From Macrostomum lignano (lineage: Eukaryota), in NCBI GenBank assembly GCA_002269645.1, contig NIVC01000762.1, positions 62,001 through 126,000 on the forward strand: a stretch of DNA of 64,000 nt, in the 5' to 3' direction. Shown here piece after piece: positions 58,701-64,000 of the stretch. The notes beneath the pieces are model-generated. The model searched no databases and was not told the DNA's origin. It saw only the letters and a list, made by a program, of their open reading frames with translations. The stretch's first letter is position 1; every line of letters starts with the position of its first letter. Both the position numbers and the translations under genes were made by a program.

Positions 58701-59273
58701 GCGAAAGTCGTGAGCGACTGCAGGCCGTTCAGCGCGAGCAGAGGCATCGACTGGCCCGCTGAGAGGTCGGCGAGTGAGGCGACTGCGGACTTGGTGTGGC
58801 GGCACCTGAGGAGCCGAGACTCCGCGTGGAAGTTCTGCTTTCGATTTGACAAGCGGCAAAATATTCAACTGAAAATTAGCAAACCAATCGTCGAAATGTA
58901 TTTTCCACTCGAATTGAAAAACTACGACAATTATTTCTTTTTAAATTTTGACGCTCTGCTTTGGGCACTCCGCTTCGAGCTGATAGGATCAGGAGACTCC
59001 AGTGCTCAACACTGGATCCAGGATGTGGCGCACAGGGAGGATGCGGATGAGCAGGAGCTGGTGGTGGCTTCAGCGAACTGCAGAAATCTGGAGCTGCTTC
59101 GGCTGTTTCGCATCAAAAGCTCCAGGATGTTCGGCGACGTGCCTCGATGGCTGGAGGAGAAAGTGCGCAATCTGATTATTGAATCTGAACTGCTACTTGA
59201 GCCTGTGTCGAGTGGTTTAACTCAAAGCAATACCCGCAATGAGGCTTCAGAGTCAGACCATATTTGTAGTTAA
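55747..59273 (+). CDS. Ankyrin-repeat + Mab-21/cGAS-like (cGLR-type) nucleotidyltransferase; 926 aa, 3 exons
   Basis: Exons 55747-56665, 56758-57105, 57760-59273; both introns GT-AG and phase 1 (2781 nt). 8 clear ankyrin repeats (GxSPLYIASxxGH..VVxxLI.AgAdVn) plus a degenerate one; NTase motif VVGS...SDID; Mab-21 motifs [40 protein letters not shown]. Confidence 0.88.
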
Positions 59274-60044
59274 AAGATCAGACTCAAGAGTGCTTAAAAA
59301 AGCAGCCCATCTCACGCAGGTGACAACTGGAAACGTTCCACTTGTCTCTAACGTACACCGTTGACTCGTTTTAGACGTAGCTCGTACGGTAAAGTGCTCA
59401 CTTGACTTTGTTGAATTTTGCATTTTGCCTAAATAAGAGGTTTGTTTAGCCGCCCCCCCCTTTTCCTGGCTTTTTTCTTAAGCTGAAAGCCTGTATTCAC
59501 GCCTGTTGTTGTACTGTCACATGGCTATAATTAAATTTATAAACAAAGAATCCTATTAGAAGGAACGAAGCATCAAATTTGAAAGCAATAAGATAATATT
59601 TTCTAGCTCTTTAGTACAAGATCCGCTGCATCGTGTGTCTATTATGAGTTATGTCTCAGTGTTGTACCGTAGCATTTTTTCCATACACTACGCTAGTTAA
59701 ACAATATTGTACATTTTTCTAATTTTAGCCAGTGCATATCACTGGTACACTGGTACGAGTACCTTGTTACCCTTGTCATCACTTCAGCAATGAAAAACCG
59801 TACACGCACACGGAACTAACACAGAAGGAGTTATGCAGTATGTTATTAGGGACTCTATAAGACTATGAGTTTCGTTTTAAATCTGAACTTACTTATCATA
59901 TTTTATACGATAAAACGGCTTTTTAACAATTTTTGGACAATAATGCAAAACATACGACACCACCACGTAAGTAAACTTGTAGCCAAACTACCTAACTTAG
60001 AGAGCAGCTAAGTAGGTAACAAAGAGAAAGGGGCATCCATAAAG

Positions 60045-61547
60045 AGACAGGGGCGCCCACCAAGAGACAGGGGCGCCCACCATGAGACAGGGGCGCTCAC
60101 CATGAGACAGGGGCGCTCACCATGAGACAGGGGTACCCTGCACCATGAGACAGGGGTACCCTGCACCATGAGACAGGGGTACCCTGCACCGTGATACAGG
60201 GGTACCCTGATCCATGAGACAGGGGTACCCTGCACCATGATACAGGGGTACCCTGATCCATGAGACAGGGGTACCCTGCACCATGAGACAGGGGTACCCT
60301 GCACCATGAGACACGGGCGCCCACCAAGAGACAGGGGCACCCACCAAGAGACAGGGGCGCCCACCAAGAGACAGGGGCGCCCATGAAGAGACAGGGGCGC
60401 CCACCAAGAGACGGGCGCCCACCAAGAGACAGGGGCACCCACCAAGAGACAGGGGCACCCACCAAGAGACAAGGTGCCCACCCAAGAGACAGGGGTGCTC
60501 ACCCAAGAGACAGGGGCGCCCACCAAGAGACAGGGACGCCCACCAAGAGACAAGGTGCCCACCCAAGAGACAGGGGCGCCCACCAAGAGACAGGGGCGCC
60601 CACCAAGAGACAGGGGTGCCCACCAAGAGACAAGGTGCCCACCCAAGAGACAGGGCGCCCACCAAGAGACAGGGGCGCCCACCAAGAGACAGGGGCGCCC
60701 ATGAAGAGACAGGGGCGCCCACCAAGAGACGGGCGCCCACCAAGAGACAGGGGCACCCACCAAGAGACAGGGGCACCCACCAAGAGACAAGGTGCCCACC
60801 CAAGAGACAGGGGTGCTCACCCAAGAGACAGGGGCGCCCACCAAGAGACAGGGACGCCCACCAAGAGACAAGGTGCCCACCCAAGAGACAGGGGCGCCCA
60901 CTTAAGAGACAGGGGCGCCCACCAAGAGACAGGGGCGCCCACCAAGAGACAGGGGTGCCCACCAAGAGACAAGGTGCCCACCCAAGAGACAGGGCGCCCA
61001 CCAAGAGACAAGGTGCCCACCCAAGAGACAGGGGCGCCCACTTAAGAGACAGGGGCGCCCACCAAGAGACAGGGGCGCCCACCAAGAGACACGGGCGCCC
61101 ACCAAGAGACAGGGGCACCCACCAAGAGACAGGGGCACCCACCAAGAGACAGGGGCGCCCACCAAGAGACACGGGCGCCCACCAAGAGACAGGGGCGCCA
61201 ACCAAGCGACAGGGGCACCCTGCACCAAGAGACAGGGGCACCCTGCACCAAGAGACAGGGGCACCCTGCACCAAGAGACAGGGGCACCCTGCACCAAGAG
61301 ACAGGGGCGCCCACCAAGAGACACGGGCGCCCACCAAGAGACAGGGGCACCCACCAAGAGACAGGGGCACCCACCAAAAGACAGGGGCGCCCACCAAGAG
61401 ACAGGGGCACCCTGCACCAAGAGACAGGGGCACCCTGCACCAAGAGACAGGGGCACCCACCAAGAGACAGGGGCACCCTGCACCAAGAGACAGGGGCACC
61501 CACCAAGAGACAGGGGCACCCTGCACCAAGAGACAGGGGCACCCACC
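60045..61547. repeat. 20-22-bp minisatellite CCAAGAGACAGGGGCGCCCA / GGGGTACCCTGCACCATGAGACA
   Basis: Direct. Confidence 0.95.
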
Positions 61548-61931
61548 ATGAGTGTGATGTCTATGGTATTGAATACGAGCTATTTTATTTTGACTCTTGC
61601 AGCTCACTAACTCTGTTACTTTCTCTAAAACAAGACTGCGCATTTTCTTACGGCTACGAGCCGGATTCAAATATACAATCGTATGCACTTTTATCTGTCA
61701 AACCTGACAAACCTATTCCGACTCACTCCGACACAACAATGAGACGGGGCGCCCACTCAGAGATAGGTAGATAAACTTAAATCAAACCTCTCTACTCTTA
61801 ACTTTTCAATAAGCAATTTGAGCCTAATGTGTAATCAGATAAAGCAGAGTTAATGCTTTCATTGCTGTTTAGTTGACTGCAGTGGCAGTAATTACAAAGT
61901 GTATATTCATATCATTTTTTGCCTAATTCAG

Positions 61932-62306
61932 CACTGGTTCGTTGCCGCGCTGATGCTGGCACTACTGGTTGGTCAGCCAGCATCCAGCCAGAGAAACTAT
62001 AGCGATATGGCTGGACCATCAGAGACCACAGATGATCCGGGGTCTACAGCCTACTACAGCTTCACTACACCGAAACCAACTCAATCTGTTGTACACCAGA
62101 TACCGGCAGGCAACACCATTACTCTACCTAAATGGGTTTTTGGTTTGATGTGCACTTTACTCATAGTAGCCCTGATCGCACTAGCAGCTATGGCCATTCG
62201 TCGTAACATTTTTTGTCGAAGTACGAACCAGCCGGTAGAAGAAGCTGAAGGCCAAGCGGACGAAACATCCCTACCCATTGTGCCTGAGAGCAAAAACGCC
62301 AACTGA
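61932..62306 (+). CDS. Small orphan type I membrane protein; 5' exon not identified
   Basis: Acceptor tttttgcctaattcag at 61931; signal-like WFVAALMLALLVGQPASS; S/T stalk; TM WVFGLMCTLLIVALIALAAMAI followed by RR; acidic tail. Confidence 0.68.
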   Translation, partial: HWFVAALMLALLVGQPASSQRNYSDMAGPSETTDDPGSTAYYSFTTPKPTQSVVHQIPAGNTITLPKWVFGLMCTLLIVALIALAAMAIRRNIFCRSTNQPVEEAEGQADETSLPIVPESKNAN

Positions 62307-62402
62307 ACACTACGGTTACTACATGGCCTAAGGACGTGTACCTGGTGGTTTCTCATTATAATTGCTAGGGGAATGAACAATGTAGCGTACGTAATAGGCC
62401 TC

Positions 62403-63234
62403 TGTTGTGTAGTGACAAAAAACTGTCATGAATGTGTTATTGTAACTTGAGTTGAGTGCACTATTCTACGCCGGGCCAGTCTGGCCGGCCTCTCCCCCCC
62501 TCCTCAGATATTTTCTGACTCACCCCCCTTCACTTCTGCGCGTGCGTACCTCCCCCCTCTCTGCCTAAGCCTCGTCTGTTATTCAACCCCCATTCTTTGC
62601 GTGCGACCCCGCCCCTTTATTTTGTTAGCCTAGCCGCCCCGCCCCTGTAGGTCGTGATTGGCTGCCAGTCCCAGTCTGCCGTGCTGCGCCCCGGCGATTG
62701 GCTGGTACGGCTCATGTGTGTCGCATGCTGATGTCTAAGCCCCCTTTTCTGCCTTTATCCCGCGCCCTCAACCCCTAGTTTGCTACCTATTTATTCGGAC
62801 CCCCGTGAGACCCCATTCCTGTCGTCTTCGTGACTCTCCGGTGACTTTGCCAGCGTTGGTTGCTATTAAGTGTCCGAATTGTCCTACAAATTCAATTAAA
62901 GAATATCGATACTACCACTGCTCTGACGGCGCTGTTCCCGAGTTGTACGACCGAAATCGCGGCTGGAAGCCTTCCAATTCGCAAGTCATTTGGGTCTGCC
63001 TCTGTACTAGGCACCTAAGAGGGATTAAGTGCGTCGTACGCCGGTCCCAACCCAAGCAGCTCTGCATCGTACGCGAGTCTGTAGGCTGTCGTGCGTCGTA
63101 CGCTCGAGCAGCCTAGTCCCGACGGACACCGCGTCGTACGCGTGTCAGTGGAGGACCGCAGCCAGGGTCAGTGCGCGAACCCGGGTCTGGAAAAGGGGCA
63201 CGAAAGGACCGAGTCCTTGAGCCCCATCACAACA
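62403..63234. promoter_or_regulatory. GC/CpG-rich promoter-like segment, possibly a solo LTR
   Basis: Bounded by TGTTGTG...CACAACA; two GATTGGCTG (reverse CCAAT) boxes and CCCCGCCCC GC boxes; no TSD found. Confidence 0.35.
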
Positions 63235-63247
63235 AAACTATAGGCTT

Positions 63248-63456
63248 TAGTGGCCGATCTAGAATTTCATTTAGGGAGGGGGGCGCGGTCCAAGTTTGGG
63301 GCGCCAACACAAGTATAAGGGGCGCCAATTTTTAAGCTAGGGGCGCAAAGAATGCGTTTGGGGCGAATTAAAATCAAGATTATTAGGCACCTGTCAATTC
63401 TGTCAATTTTTTGGGGCGGCTGCCCGGCCCCGCCTCCGGCCTTAAATTTGCCGCTG
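63248..63456. mobile_element. hAT-type MITE of the same family as 46357-46594
   Basis: Shared internal ggtccaagtttgggg(g)cgccaaca..tat.aggggcgccaa..ttttaagct; degenerate TIRs; TSD ataggctt vs attggctt (7/8). Confidence 0.8.
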
Positions 63457-64000
63457 ATTGGCTTAGTATTATAGTACATCACATACAGTCTCGTACATGA
63501 AAAAAATCATTCTTTTTAATATATTACCTTATAGCTCGTATTTTACTACTAGTAAGAACATTAGCTAAAGGTTCAGTATAATTTAGTAAGGCTGGATATT
63601 TTTGTTGTACCCTCGTATTTAATTTTTCGATTTTGTCAGTTTTTATAGACGGTCTTTTTTGTGGTCGTTTAGTTCGACACATTTACATACATGTGCATGT
63701 ACATTATAAATATCTGCACTGGTCAATACGTCATTTGCTGCAACCAAATAAGGACATTGCTTTTATATTAAATGTATATTAAAGGGGATGTCAACTTAAG
63801 CACCGGAATGGAGACCGAAGTTCAGCTCCGGACCAAACCGACTGCAATCGATAACTTGTCGGCCCAGACGACTAGAATCGCCGAGACATCTCATCCCAGG
63901 CCCTGACCTGGGGTCCCAGGGGATAAAGAGGATAAAATGGGGATCTCATGTCAACTTAAGGCTCTGGAATGGAGCCCAAAGCAAGGCTCAGGACCAAACC

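Noticed and set aside
60008-61688. Multiple long overlapping ORFs
   Set aside because: GC-rich minisatellite artefacts

Overview
Eukaryotic (metazoan) genomic DNA, not prokaryotic. GT-AG introns, GC-rich exons and a very high density of simple and minisatellite repeats suggest a flatworm such as Macrostomum; that is inference from sequence style only. Most ORFs in the supplied track are repeat artefacts. By joining splice sites by hand with consistent phases I could build three multi-exon genes. (1) A 7-exon, 525-aa secreted, probably GPI-anchored CAP/SCP + 2xEGF protein (+, 761-4643). (2) A 9-exon, 1994-aa adhesion GPCR with a large mucin stalk, intact GPS and 7TM (-, 26139-14358). (3) A 3-exon, 926-aa ankyrin-repeat + Mab-21/cGAS-like nucleotidyltransferase (+, 55747-59273), the most interesting gene here. 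Four small orphan single-pass membrane protein genes lie on the + strand around gene 3, one with two compensating frameshifts. Mobile DNA includes a decayed DD34D mariner with a nested foldback MITE, four hAT-type MITEs with 8-bp TSDs (one carrying a 1.2-kb satellite), a CORE-SINE-like element, Helentron/HINE-like fragments, and a 2.7-kb non-coding element with 532-bp TIRs and a perfect 6-bp TSD (Polinton/Maverick-like signature). No CRISPR, rRNA or intact tRNA was found.
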